Notes under the pieces: model-generated | What the model saw: the letters and a program-made list of their open reading frames with translations, nothing else | The model's database searches: none | What the model was told of the DNA's origin: nothing | Shown: positions 48,047 through 57,469 of the stretch, one piece after another | Numbering within the stretch: the stretch's first letter is position 1 | Layout of the letters: every line of letters starts with the position of its first letter | Position numbers and translations under genes: made by a program | Assembly (NCBI GenBank): GCA_947085185.1 | Contig: CAMTVK010000019.1 | Span: 13,892-77,891, forward strand | DNA length: 64,000 nt | Origin: Candidatus Fraserbacteria bacterium | GTDB taxonomy: Bacteria; Bipolaricaulota; Bipolaricaulia; RBG-16-55-9; DRXL01 | Reading direction: 5' to 3'

Positions 48047-48640
48047 ATGAGAGATAAAGAAGCCACACGCGAGCGCATCTTACAAGCGGCCGAGCAGCTC
48101 TTTGCTGAGAAGGGCTTTCATGAGACGGCCATGGACGAGATCGTCCAGGTCTCACAAGTCTCCAAGGGCGGCCTGTATTTTCACTTCTCTAGCAAAGAGG
48201 CGCTCTACTTTGCTCTGCTCGATCGGCTCGCTGAGAGCTTACAACGCGACGTCTCTCAAGAGATTGTGCGCCGGCGCGGCGCGGTCGAGAAAGTCCAAGG
48301 AGCTTTAGAAGTCGTCCTCAAACACCTCGCGAGCAAGCGCCGCTTAGCACAGATTCTCTTACGGCACGGCTATGGGCTGGGGCCAAGCTTCGAGCGCAAG
48401 CGCTTAGAGATTTATGGTCGGTTCGCTCGGCTCATCAGCGAGCACTTGGACCGAGCTGTAGCTGCTGGCTCGATTCCCCCTATCGATACGGAGATCACGG
48501 CGTATGCCTGGCTGGGCGCGATCAACGAGCTCATAGTGCGCTGGGTCTATACGGGGGAGCCGGACCCTCTGGAGCAATCGCTGCCGGTGCTGACAACGCT
48601 CTTTTTGCGCAGCATCGGTACGAGACAGAATTCACTATAA
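48047..48640 (+). CDS. TetR/AcrR-family regulator
   Basis: RERILQAAEQLFAEKGF...VSKGGLYFHFSSKEAL. Confidence 0.93.
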   Translation: MRDKEATRERILQAAEQLFAEKGFHETAMDEIVQVSQVSKGGLYFHFSSKEALYFALLDRLAESLQRDVSQEIVRRRGAVEKVQGALEVVLKHLASKRRLAQILLRHGYGLGPSFERKRLEIYGRFARLISEHLDRAVAAGSIPPIDTEITAYAWLGAINELIVRWVYTGEPDPLEQSLPVLTTLFLRSIGTRQNSL

Positions 48641-48657
48641 CTTAAAGGAGGCCATCT

Positions 48658-49914
48658 ATGCTCTCACGGCGGGATTTTCTGCGAGCGAGCGTTGGGGCGA
48701 CTGTAGCAGTCTGGATGTGGGGTGGCTCGGGTGAATCTCAAGCGCAGCCTATTCGAATCGGGCATCAGCTAGACCGAACCGGCGCGGTGGCGCTCTTTGG
48801 CCGCTGGCACAATCGCGCTCTTGACGCTGCTATCAGATTAGTCAACAAGCAGCACGGCATCAACGGCCGCCCTGTCGAACTGGTGAACTCCGAGGACTCC
48901 CAAACCAAGCCCGACGTCGGCAAAGACGAGTTCGAAAAGTTGGTCACGCAAAAGAGAGCGGACTTTGTCATCGGCTCGGTCTTCTCCGGGACGAATATCG
49001 CGACGGCTCCGTTAGCAAAAACGCTGAAGACCGTCTACTTTCCCCAGGGGATCGCGACCGACATCACGGAACGATTTGGGAATCGCTATACTTTCAAGAG
49101 CTATCACACCGTGCGAGCGGCCATCGAAGCTGCGCACGAGTGGGTCTTTGCCAATCTGGGCAAGCGCTTTACGATCGTGCACTCCGTGATAGACTTGGGG
49201 CGCTCCCAAGCTGAAGACTGGACGGAGAAGATCAAGGCAGCCGGCGGCACAGTCGAGCGGATTCCCGTTCCCTTCCCCGCCCCAACGGATCTCTTCTCCA
49301 TTATTCAGAAGATAGATCTCTCCAAGACCGATGTGCTCTATCATGCGTTCACGGCGGTCGAGACCGCACGCTTCCTGCAAGCCGCGCTCGATCAGAACCT
49401 CCAAGCCACAGTCAAAATCTTGGGATTGATCGAGGGCATAGATATTCTGAGCACGGCCGATCCGTCTCTAGAAGGGACGTACTTTATCTCCGGGTATCCT
49501 CGACGTGCCGATCAGGTCCCGGAAGAGCTGCGCGACTTCGATCGAGAGTATCGTCGTCATGTGGGGATCACTCTTGATGGGTTTTCTGTAGAAAATCCCC
49601 GTGAGGTCGTCCCGATCGCCGATCTCTTTGGGTCGTGGCAGGCGGTCTTCTTGATCAAGCAAGCCGCCGAGCTCGTGAACTGGCGCAGTAAATCAGATAC
49701 TCCCGCGCTCATCAGGGCGCTCGAAGGGCTGACCATGCCGGCAAGCGTGAACTTCCCCCAAGGGGCTCAGTTTCTGAGAGCCCAAGATCACTTGGTCTTC
49801 CACGATCACTATATAGAGAAAGTCGAGGGTGGGCAGCTTACAGTCTTGGCGCGCCTCCCCAAAGAAAAGTCGCTCTACAAGACGAACGCCGATTACACCA
49901 AAGAAGAGTTCTGA
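48658..49914 (+). CDS. Liv-type ABC substrate-binding protein with Tat signal
   Basis: SRRDFL twin-arginine motif; GINGRPVEL...EDSQTKP. Confidence 0.85.
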   Translation: MLSRRDFLRASVGATVAVWMWGGSGESQAQPIRIGHQLDRTGAVALFGRWHNRALDAAIRLVNKQHGINGRPVELVNSEDSQTKPDVGKDEFEKLVTQKRADFVIGSVFSGTNIATAPLAKTLKTVYFPQGIATDITERFGNRYTFKSYHTVRAAIEAAHEWVFANLGKRFTIVHSVIDLGRSQAEDWTEKIKAAGGTVERIPVPFPAPTDLFSIIQKIDLSKTDVLYHAFTAVETARFLQAALDQNLQATVKILGLIEGIDILSTADPSLEGTYFISGYPRRADQVPEELRDFDREYRRHVGITLDGFSVENPREVVPIADLFGSWQAVFLIKQAAELVNWRSKSDTPALIRALEGLTMPASVNFPQGAQFLRAQDHLVFHDHYIEKVEGGQLTVLARLPKEKSLYKTNADYTKEEF

Positions 49915-49915
49915 T

Positions 49916-50764
49916 TTGCTCTTGCTTGCGCTTCTTAATGGGCTGGTGTGGGGGTGTCTGTGGGCGCTGCTGGCGCTCGGGCTGGCGCTCATCTATGGGA
50001 CGCTTGGGATACTCAATCTCTCTCACGGCGCGTTCTACATGGTGGGGGCGTTGCTGGGCTGGCTGCTGACTCCGGCCCTCGGTTTCTGGGGAGCTCTGGT
50101 GGTGGCCCCTGGGCTTGTGGGTCTTGCGGGATTGGCGCTGGCGCGCCTGACTAGGCTCGAGCGCAACACGACGGCAGCTCTTTTGATGACGTTTGCGCTC
50201 ATGCTCATCATCCAACAGATCGCAGCGATTGCACTTCAAGCAGCGACGGGCGAGCTGCGCCATCCCATCGCATCTCCCGTGCGCTGGCCTATTCCCGTGG
50301 GCGATCGTTTTTATGACGGCTATCGTCTCATAGCAGCAGCAATAGCGAGCGCTGTGCTGATGGGACTGGGGGTATTGTGGGGTTTGACGCGTTGGGGGTG
50401 TTGCGTGCGCGCGGTGCGCGACAATCGTGATTTAGCATCTATTGTGGGTGTTCCTGTCCTGTGGGTGCAATGGGGGACTTTCGGGCTGGGGGCAGCGCTC
50501 GCCGCGCTCGCCGGCGCTCTTGTGGGCCCTATAGCAAGAGAAGTCTCCCCCACCATGGGCGTTGAAGTCTTATTAGTGAGCGTATTGATCGCGGTAGCGG
50601 GCGGGATGGGGAGCTTTGGCGGAGCGTTGGCCGTCGCGTTTGTGTACAGTTTTTTGGAGAATCTTCTCACGGTGCTGGCCGATCCCATGCTCGCTCGCGC
50701 TAGCGCCCTGTTTGCTATTGGGCTGATCGCGCTCGTCCGCTCCCAAGGAGAGCTCTTCTCATGA
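49916..50764 (+). CDS. LivH-like permease
   Basis: LALGLALIYGTLGILNLSHG, RAVRDN, GGMGS; start uncertain. Confidence 0.85.
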   Translation: MLLLALLNGLVWGCLWALLALGLALIYGTLGILNLSHGAFYMVGALLGWLLTPALGFWGALVVAPGLVGLAGLALARLTRLERNTTAALLMTFALMLIIQQIAAIALQAATGELRHPIASPVRWPIPVGDRFYDGYRLIAAAIASAVLMGLGVLWGLTRWGCCVRAVRDNRDLASIVGVPVLWVQWGTFGLGAALAALAGALVGPIAREVSPTMGVEVLLVSVLIAVAGGMGSFGGALAVAFVYSFLENLLTVLADPMLARASALFAIGLIALVRSQGELFS

Positions 50765-51666
50765 GGCGCTGGGCAGTATTAGTCGGTCTTGCGGGTGCGA
50801 TACTGCTGCCGTGGTTGTGGGAGGGTGCTGCCCTATGGGTGATCAATCTCTTCATCTGGAGTTTAGTTGCGCTCTCGCTCAACGTGCTGTACGGCTACAC
50901 GGGATTGCTCAGCTTTGGGCAAGGGGTCTATATGGCGCTTGGCGCTTACGGAGCTGCGTGGGCGATCATCTACGCTCAGGCGAACTTCTGGGGGGCGCTC
51001 TTGTCAGGGCTGCTCTGTGCTCTTGTGGGAGCTCTCATAGTGGGCTGGGGGAGCGTGCGGGCGTCCGGGTATAGTTTTGTCGTGGTCACGCTGGTCACGG
51101 CGTTCATCTGTTATCTTGTCGCTCTGAGCGCGGACAGCATCACCGGGGGAGAGGACGGCATGTCCTTCCGCGCTCCGGCGCTGACGCTGTTTGGGCTGGC
51201 GCTCCCTGGGCACAGCGTAGGGGTGCGCTATTATCTGGCGCTGGGGGCGTTGCTTGTGGGTGTAGGCGTTGTGTATTTAGTGAGTCGGAGCTTGGTGGGG
51301 CTAGCGCTTCGAGCGGTGCGCGACGACGCAATCGCTGCGGCTTCACTGGGCTATGATATCTTCAAGGTCAAAGTATTTTCGTTTGTGCTTGCGGGGGGTC
51401 TGGCGGGGGTCGCAGGGGCGGTATGGGCGCTGTCGAAGGAGTTTGTGCGGGCCGGGCTGTTTCAGCCGTTTGGGGCATTTATGGCCGCTCAGCCCGATCC
51501 GGACCCTCTGATCGCGGTGCTTGTTGGGGGAGCAGGGACGCTGCTTGGGCCGCTGTGGGGCACGGGAATTCTGTTAGTGCTGCGCGAGCTCTTTGGGAGC
51601 TTTTGGCCTCAAGGGTATGTGTTGGCCTTGGGGGTAGCGATCATAGTGCTTAGGCCACGGTATTAA
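50761..51666 (+). CDS. LivM-like permease
   Basis: GYTGLLSFGQ, TGGEDG, RAVRDD, GGAGTLLGP. Confidence 0.85.
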   Translation: MRRWAVLVGLAGAILLPWLWEGAALWVINLFIWSLVALSLNVLYGYTGLLSFGQGVYMALGAYGAAWAIIYAQANFWGALLSGLLCALVGALIVGWGSVRASGYSFVVVTLVTAFICYLVALSADSITGGEDGMSFRAPALTLFGLALPGHSVGVRYYLALGALLVGVGVVYLVSRSLVGLALRAVRDDAIAAASLGYDIFKVKVFSFVLAGGLAGVAGAVWALSKEFVRAGLFQPFGAFMAAQPDPDPLIAVLVGGAGTLLGPLWGTGILLVLRELFGSFWPQGYVLALGVAIIVLRPRY

Positions 51667-52112
51667 GCCCTTCTTAGGGTGCGGCGCAGCTCGCGCTCTT
51701 CTTCTCTCTTTTTGATCTTTTCGCGCTTGTCGTACTTGGCCAAGCCCTTGGCCAGAGCCAGCTCGACTTTTGCCCAACTGTTCTTAAAGTAAATCCTGAG
51801 GGGGATGAGCGTATAGCCCTTCTCTTTGACTTTGCTCTGCAAGCGATAGACCTCTTGTTTTTTGAGTAAAAGCTTGCGCTTGCGCAGGGGGTCGGGGTTA
51901 TAGCGATTGCCCTCTTGATAAGGGGCGATATAGACGTTCATCAAAAAAACTTCGCCGTTGCGGATGAAAGCGAAGCCGTCTTGCAAGCTGACGCTGCCTC
52001 GACGGAGAGACTTCACTTCGGTGCCCTTGAGCTCGATGCCGGCCTCGATGGTCTCTTCGATGCGATATTCGTGTCGGGCCTTACGGTTGGTAGCGACAGC
52101 TCTTTCGCTCAT
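51663..52112 (-). CDS. smpB: SsrA-binding protein
   Basis: NRKARHEY, EAGIELKGTEVKSLR, RKLLL, DKREKIK. Confidence 0.97.
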   Translation of the reverse strand: MSERAVATNRKARHEYRIEETIEAGIELKGTEVKSLRRGSVSLQDGFAFIRNGEVFLMNVYIAPYQEGNRYNPDPLRKRKLLLKKQEVYRLQSKVKEKGYTLIPLRIYFKNSWAKVELALAKGLAKYDKREKIKKREEERELRRTLRRA

Positions 52113-52115
52113 ACG

Positions 52116-52189
52116 TGGCGGGGGAGGGACTCGAACCCTCTACCTGCCGCTTATGAGACGGCCGCTCTAGCCAGATGAGCTACCCCGCC
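52116..52189 (-). tRNA. tRNA-Met(CAT), probably elongator, CCA not encoded
   Basis: GGCGGGG/CCCCGCC acceptor, CT-CAT-AA loop, GGTTCGAGTCC. Confidence 0.9.
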
Positions 52190-52250
52190 ACTTTGTGGGC
52201 CTCTTAGTGTAGCACAAAGAGGGCCAGCTTGGCAACCTCTCTCGGTTTAG

Positions 52251-52279
52251 AAAAAAAGAGGGCGCTTTGTGCGCCCTCT
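52251..52279 (-). terminator. Intrinsic terminator after initiator tRNA
   Basis: agagggcgc/gcgccctct stem followed by T run on minus strand. Confidence 0.8.
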
Positions 52280-52281
52280 GC

Positions 52282-52357
52282 TGGTTGCGGGGGCTGGATT
52301 CGAACCAGCAACCTCCGGGTTATGAGCCCGACGAGCTTCCTGTTGCTCCACCCCGCA
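52282..52357 (-). tRNA. Initiator tRNA-fMet(CAT)
   Basis: GGG/CCC anticodon stem, CAT anticodon, encoded CCA; TATAAT just upstream. Confidence 0.93.
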
Positions 52358-52512
52358 GGCTTATTATACCACGGTGCTGCTCCACATGCAAGCCACAAGA
52401 TCGCTCCCAAAGTCGCCAACTCCCCTCCCTCATGAGACAGAGCGCCCTTCCCTTCCCTCGTAACGTGCATTACTATAACATAAGCAGACTCTCCCAAAGA
52501 AGGTGATACGGC

Positions 52513-53058
52513 GTGCGTGCGCGACTTATAGGAATCTCTCTAGTGCTCGGATTGATCGTGCTCTTCTGGTACGTTGGACTCTACCGCCGCCCCAATCAGC
52601 TCCCCTCAGTCCAGACTCCATCCCCTTCTTTCAACGCCAGCCAGCCTCACATAGTAGCTCTTGCTGCTCCAGCAAGCCCGCCATGCCCCCACGATACGAC
52701 CGACAACGGCATGCTGCGCGTGCGCGTGCGCGCCGTCAGCACCACCCAACAGATCGGCTTCTGGAGGCTCGATCCAGATCGTCGCTTTGTGATTATCGAG
52801 GTCTTCTTAGAAGCGATCACGGATTTTCAGCTGGCCAGCTCAGCCGTGCTCTGGCTGGAAGAGCCCGACGGCACGGAGCGCACTCGCAGCGTCGCTACCG
52901 GGGCGCTGGCTCGCCCGTTGCTGTCGCTCAGCCCCGCACGGGGCGAAGGCGTCGGCGGCCAGGTCGCTTTTGAGATCAGCGCCCAGACCCGTGAGGTCAA
53001 ACTCCACTATGACCCGTTCTTAGCGCGTCGACTCACTCTGTGCGTGAGCGTCCCGTAA
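52513..53058 (+). CDS. Membrane-anchored hypothetical protein (DUF4352-like)
   Basis: N-terminal TM, RFVIIEV, LSPARGEGVGGQVAFEI. Confidence 0.55.
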   Translation: MRARLIGISLVLGLIVLFWYVGLYRRPNQLPSVQTPSPSFNASQPHIVALAAPASPPCPHDTTDNGMLRVRVRAVSTTQQIGFWRLDPDRRFVIIEVFLEAITDFQLASSAVLWLEEPDGTERTRSVATGALARPLLSLSPARGEGVGGQVAFEISAQTREVKLHYDPFLARRLTLCVSVP

Positions 53059-53115
53059 GTGTATAACCCCAGGCTACGCCGTCCCCGACGAGTGCGCCCA
53101 CAGATCCCCCAAAGA

Positions 53116-54252
53116 CTAACTCACTGTCGCAAAGACTTCGAGCGCCGCGCGCACCCCAGCCCCAAGCTCGAACTTGTGCCCAAGCTTGCGCAACACGAGC
53201 TCTAATGCAGCGATCGTCCCCAGCACGTCCTTGGCACCAATATCCCCGATGTGCCCAATCCTGAAGATCTTGCCCTTGAGATGATCTTGCCCACCGGAGA
53301 TCTTTATCCCAAAATCTGTGCGCAACGTCTCTAAAATCTCTTTACTGCTCAGGCCCTGGGGAACAGAGACAGCCGTGCAGACCGGCCCCGGCCGCTCACT
53401 GAACAACTCAAGATTCATAGCCAAGACCGCCGCTCGCGTCGCGCGTGCGTACAGCTCCGTGCGCGCCTGCAAGCGCTCCACCCCCTCTTCTAAGATCATA
53501 GTGAGCGCTTCGTCAAGAGCCATGATCAGAGAGATCGCGGGAGTGAAGGGCGTGAAATAGAGATTCTTCTTGGCCGTCTTGAAATCCCAATAGTACTTGG
53601 GCAGATCGGATCTGTCAACGCGCCCCCAGGCTCGCGCGCTCACGCTCACGAACGCCACCCCCGGCGGGACCATCAACGCCTTCTGTGACCCCGCAACGAC
53701 ACAGTCTACCCCCCACCGATCGGGCTCCAACGGCACCACCCCCAAGCCGCTGATCGCGTCTACTACAAGGAGCACGTCGCGCTCATTCGTGATTTGCGCG
53801 ATCTTCTCGATATCGTAGACCGTCCCTGTGGAAGTCTCCGACAGCTGGGTGAAGACCGCGCGGACTTTGGGATGGGCGTCAAGGGCTTCTTCTATCTGCT
53901 CGGGGTGCACAGCCCTCCCCCACTCAATCTGAACTGTATGGTGCTTCACCCCAAAAGCTTGGCAGAGCTCGCGCCAGCGCTGCCCAAACTTGCCGCCCTC
54001 CACCACGAGGACCTCATCGTTGGTGCTTACGAGATTGGTGATACACGCCTCCATCGCCCCGGTGCCCGAGGACGTAAAGTACAAGATTGTATTTTGGGTG
54101 CGGAAGACTTGCTTGAGCTTGGCATCGACTCTCTGCAAGAGCTCGGCGAACTCCTCCCCGCGATGATAGATGATCTCTTGGCTTTCGGCAAGAGCCACAC
54201 GGCGCGGGACGGTGACCGGGCCTGGGACCAGCAAAAAGTCGCGTTTGGGCAT
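53116..54252 (-). CDS. Class V PLP aminotransferase (alanine-glyoxylate/serine-pyruvate type)
   Basis: PGP, SGTGAME, ETSTG, VDAISG, GSQKAL, FRIGHIG. Confidence 0.92.
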   Translation of the reverse strand: MPKRDFLLVPGPVTVPRRVALAESQEIIYHRGEEFAELLQRVDAKLKQVFRTQNTILYFTSSGTGAMEACITNLVSTNDEVLVVEGGKFGQRWRELCQAFGVKHHTVQIEWGRAVHPEQIEEALDAHPKVRAVFTQLSETSTGTVYDIEKIAQITNERDVLLVVDAISGLGVVPLEPDRWGVDCVVAGSQKALMVPPGVAFVSVSARAWGRVDRSDLPKYYWDFKTAKKNLYFTPFTPAISLIMALDEALTMILEEGVERLQARTELYARATRAAVLAMNLELFSERPGPVCTAVSVPQGLSSKEILETLRTDFGIKISGGQDHLKGKIFRIGHIGDIGAKDVLGTIAALELVLRKLGHKFELGAGVRAALEVFATVS

Positions 54253-54384
54253 AGGGCCTCCTTCTGCATCCTCATCCCGACACAAAGAAGGGAGAGGATA
54301 CGGGGGTTAGGTCTCAGTCTACACCATCGCATGGGAAACTTGCAACCGAGAACTTCACACTGTTATAATCGAGCACGTTGAACT

Positions 54385-56658
54385 GTGCACAAGCGAGAGG
54401 CAGAGACTAGAGTGATTCGGTTACGATCGGACAGTTGGGTGCTTCTGTGGGGTGTGCTCGTTGCGGCTCTCGTGCTCTGGAGCGCCTCGTCTTCACCCCC
54501 TGTGAGTTCAGAGTTAGGGATTCCAAGCCCCCAGGCGGAACCGGGAGGAACTCCGTATGCCAAACTCGATCCGTTCTTGCGACTTTTGGCAAATCGCGTG
54601 CACCGCGATCCCTCGACGGACCTTGCGCGCTTTGCCCCAATGGTCGCAGTCTATAGCGCTCCTTCTTATGCCCCGCTCGCTGCGCAAGGAGACGAACCAC
54701 GACTAGGCGTCTTGATCAAAACGAGGGCACCCCTCTCACGGGTGTGGTCTGTCACCCCGCTCACGCGAGATCTCGCCCTCGCCCGCGTCACCCTCGATGA
54801 GCTGAGAGAACTGGCGCAGCTCCCAGAGGTCGTCTTCATCGAAGCGAGCTATCGTTTAGAGCCGCACATCGATAGGAGCGTTCCTGCGGTGGGCGCTCGC
54901 TCTCTGCACAAGATGAGCCCCCAAGCTACGGGCAGGGGCGTCATCGTCGGCATGGTGGACACGGGGATAGATTGGACGCATCGGGATTTTCGCACCGATC
55001 GCGACGGCGACGGCTTCGAAGAGTCCTCGCGAGTTCTTTGGTTATGGGATCAGACGGAGACGGGGACCTTCGGCAGCCCGCGCACAGTCCCGTTCGGCAC
55101 TGAGTACACCAAAGAAGAGCTCGAGAGAGCGCTGCGCTCAGGGATGGGCATTGTCAATGGACGGGACGAGTCCGGCCACGGCACCCACGTCACCGGCATC
55201 GCTGTTGGAGATGGCTCGTCCTCCGGGGGAACGTTTGTGGGCATGGCCCCAAACGCCGAGATCATATTTGTCAAGACGAGCTATTTCAGCACCGATATTG
55301 TCGAAGGGGTTCGATATATCTTCGACAAATCTGAGTGGCTCGGCAAGCCCGCTGTGGTCAATCTGAGCTTGGGCGGACACTTCGGGCCGCACGACGGCAC
55401 AAGTCTGTTTGAGCAGAGCTTGGAAGCTTTTCTCGAGCGTCCCGGTCGCGCCATCGTCGCCTCTGCAGGCAACGACGGCGACCAGAAGATTCATATAGGG
55501 AGACAGCTGCGTCCCAAAGAAGCATTTACGTTTGCGTTCGTCCCCACAGGGGAGACGGCGTATGTGAACATTTGGTATTCCGGCACGGCGAATTTTACCG
55601 TTGCGGTGACGTCGCCGGGGATCAACGGGCCGCCTCAGACGGTGCTGGCGTTGCGCGGCCAGGGGGAGTTCCAAAACACCCCCGACGGCTCCGTCGAGAT
55701 CGATAACGCCGGAGGTGGGCTCGACCCGCGCAACAGAGATCGAGCGATTGCGATCTCACTGGAGCGCGCGCCGCCCAACTCATCATGGTATATTACTCTG
55801 ACAGACCAAGGGGGCACGGGGGGCAGATTCGACGCCTGGCCGGGGCTCGCTTCCATGGGGTACTTCCCCGAAGGCGACGCACTCTCGACGATCACTGAGC
55901 CGGCAACGGCGAAAAAGATTATTGCCGTTGGGGCATACACGACGAAGATCTTTTGGACCGGGGCCGACGGTCACCCCCATCGCTTCACGGACGCCCCAAG
56001 CGAAGGAGAGCTGGCGCCCTTCTCGGCGCGCGGGCCAACCCGCGACGGACGTCTCAAGCCCGACCTGACCGCCCCAGGGACGGCCATCGTCTCGGCGCTC
56101 GCGAAGAACTCTGAAGTCTCTCAGAGCACCAAGCTCGTCCTGCCAGGGGGAGACTACGTGGCCATGCAGGGGACATCTATGGCTGCGCCGCACGTCGCCG
56201 GAGCTATTGCGTTGCTCTTGCAAGCGCAGCCCCATCTGACGGCCGAAGAGATTCTCCGTCAGCTCACACGGACGGCCCTGCACGATGCGTTCACCACGGA
56301 CCCCAGGGCGTGGGGCGCGGGCAAGCTCCAGATAGACCGGGGCTTCGAGACGCTTGGGCTGCAAGATCAATTGAGTGCCAATCGTCCGGCCCTCAAAATC
56401 GGCCCCAACCCCGCAGTCCGATCCGTGACGCTCTTCTACGCGACCGTGGGCAGCCCGCGCACGGTCGAACTGATGGTCTTCGATCTTGTGGGAAGGCTCG
56501 TCTATAAGCGAGAACTCCCCGCGCAAGGGCAGCGCTTCCAATGGACGCTGCAGGACTTAGAGAATAGACCCCTTGCCCCAGGACTCTATCTCATTGTCGT
56601 GACCGCCGATGGCCGACCTAGTACCCCTTATCCCTTGGTCGTGCGCAGATCACAATGA
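54385..56658 (+). CDS. S8 subtilase with C-terminal T9SS type-A-like sorting domain
   Basis: DTGID, HGTHVTG, GTSMAAPHVAG triad; GPNP...VFDLVGRLV...LAPGLYLIVV tail. Confidence 0.88.
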   Translation: MHKREAETRVIRLRSDSWVLLWGVLVAALVLWSASSSPPVSSELGIPSPQAEPGGTPYAKLDPFLRLLANRVHRDPSTDLARFAPMVAVYSAPSYAPLAAQGDEPRLGVLIKTRAPLSRVWSVTPLTRDLALARVTLDELRELAQLPEVVFIEASYRLEPHIDRSVPAVGARSLHKMSPQATGRGVIVGMVDTGIDWTHRDFRTDRDGDGFEESSRVLWLWDQTETGTFGSPRTVPFGTEYTKEELERALRSGMGIVNGRDESGHGTHVTGIAVGDGSSSGGTFVGMAPNAEIIFVKTSYFSTDIVEGVRYIFDKSEWLGKPAVVNLSLGGHFGPHDGTSLFEQSLEAFLERPGRAIVASAGNDGDQKIHIGRQLRPKEAFTFAFVPTGETAYVNIWYSGTANFTVAVTSPGINGPPQTVLALRGQGEFQNTPDGSVEIDNAGGGLDPRNRDRAIAISLERAPPNSSWYITLTDQGGTGGRFDAWPGLASMGYFPEGDALSTITEPATAKKIIAVGAYTTKIFWTGADGHPHRFTDAPSEGELAPFSARGPTRDGRLKPDLTAPGTAIVSALAKNSEVSQSTKLVLPGGDYVAMQGTSMAAPHVAGAIALLLQAQPHLTAEEILRQLTRTALHDAFTTDPRAWGAGKLQIDRGFETLGLQDQLSANRPALKIGPNPAVRSVTLFYATVGSPRTVELMVFDLVGRLVYKRELPAQGQRFQWTLQDLENRPLAPGLYLIVVTADGRPSTPYPLVVRRSQ

Positions 56659-57455
56659 GATACTTACTCTGTGTGGTGAGCATAGCGCTGCTAGGCACAC
56701 CCAGTCAGGCTGTGCCTATCATCTTGGAGATGGGGACAAGCGCCCGTGCTGTGGGGATGGGTGGAGCGTTTACAGCGATCGCCGACGACGAGAGCGCGGT
56801 CTTCTATAATCCCGCGGGCCTGGCGTTTCTCGGCAAACTCACAGTTTCCGCATTCTATCAGCGTGCGTTTGACGTCGTGCATCATATAGCGCTGACCGCG
56901 GCGTCGTCCGGCTGGGGCGCTCAGTTCATCCGCATAGATACAGGCCCCCTGGAGAGCACCAACGAGTTCGGCAACCCCTCCGGGGAACCGATGCCATACG
57001 CCAGCCAAGCGGGTTTGGTAGGGATCGCGTTCGGGAGAGAGTATATGGCTCTGGGGCTGCGCGGAAAGCTCTCAAGCGATGGCACTGAGACTTCCTGGGG
57101 TCTGGACGCGGGGGCATTGGCGCGGCTTGGGGGGCTGCGCGTGGGGATAGTCGCGGAAGATCTTCTGGGAATGGCGGAGTTATCTCTTCGGGCTGGGATG
57201 GCGCTTGAAGTAGAGTTGAGCCCACGCATAGCCGTGACTCTAGCTCTGGAGGGATGGAATCTCTTAAGCAGTCCGGAGCTGCATCTTGGGCTGGAAGTCT
57301 CGGTGAACGGCGTGCACATTCGAGTTGGTTATGACGGCGTAGCTGTTATCACTGGAGCGGGGGCGCGATGGAACAGCATCCGGCTTGATTGGGCGTATCG
57401 GATGCATCCCCAGCTGCCCGCTTCTGCTATTGTTACGGTCGCGTATCTGTTCTAG
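56655..57455 (+). CDS. PorV/PorQ (FadL-like) beta-barrel protein
   Basis: SARAVGMGGAFTAIADDESAVFYNPAGLA; terminal AYLF; ATGA overlap. Confidence 0.8.
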   Translation: MRYLLCVVSIALLGTPSQAVPIILEMGTSARAVGMGGAFTAIADDESAVFYNPAGLAFLGKLTVSAFYQRAFDVVHHIALTAASSGWGAQFIRIDTGPLESTNEFGNPSGEPMPYASQAGLVGIAFGREYMALGLRGKLSSDGTETSWGLDAGALARLGGLRVGIVAEDLLGMAELSLRAGMALEVELSPRIAVTLALEGWNLLSSPELHLGLEVSVNGVHIRVGYDGVAVITGAGARWNSIRLDWAYRMHPQLPASAIVTVAYLF

Positions 57456-57469
57456 AGAAGGAGGACGCT

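Noticed and set aside
52116-52189. tRNA-Ile2 (lysidine) assignment
   Set aside because: GGCGGGG acceptor stem with G2-C71/C3-G70 fits elongator Met better; not fully excluded
52282-52357. U1-A72 pair in initiator tRNA as a novelty
   Set aside because: A weak 1-72 pair is a known tolerated alternative to the C-A mismatch
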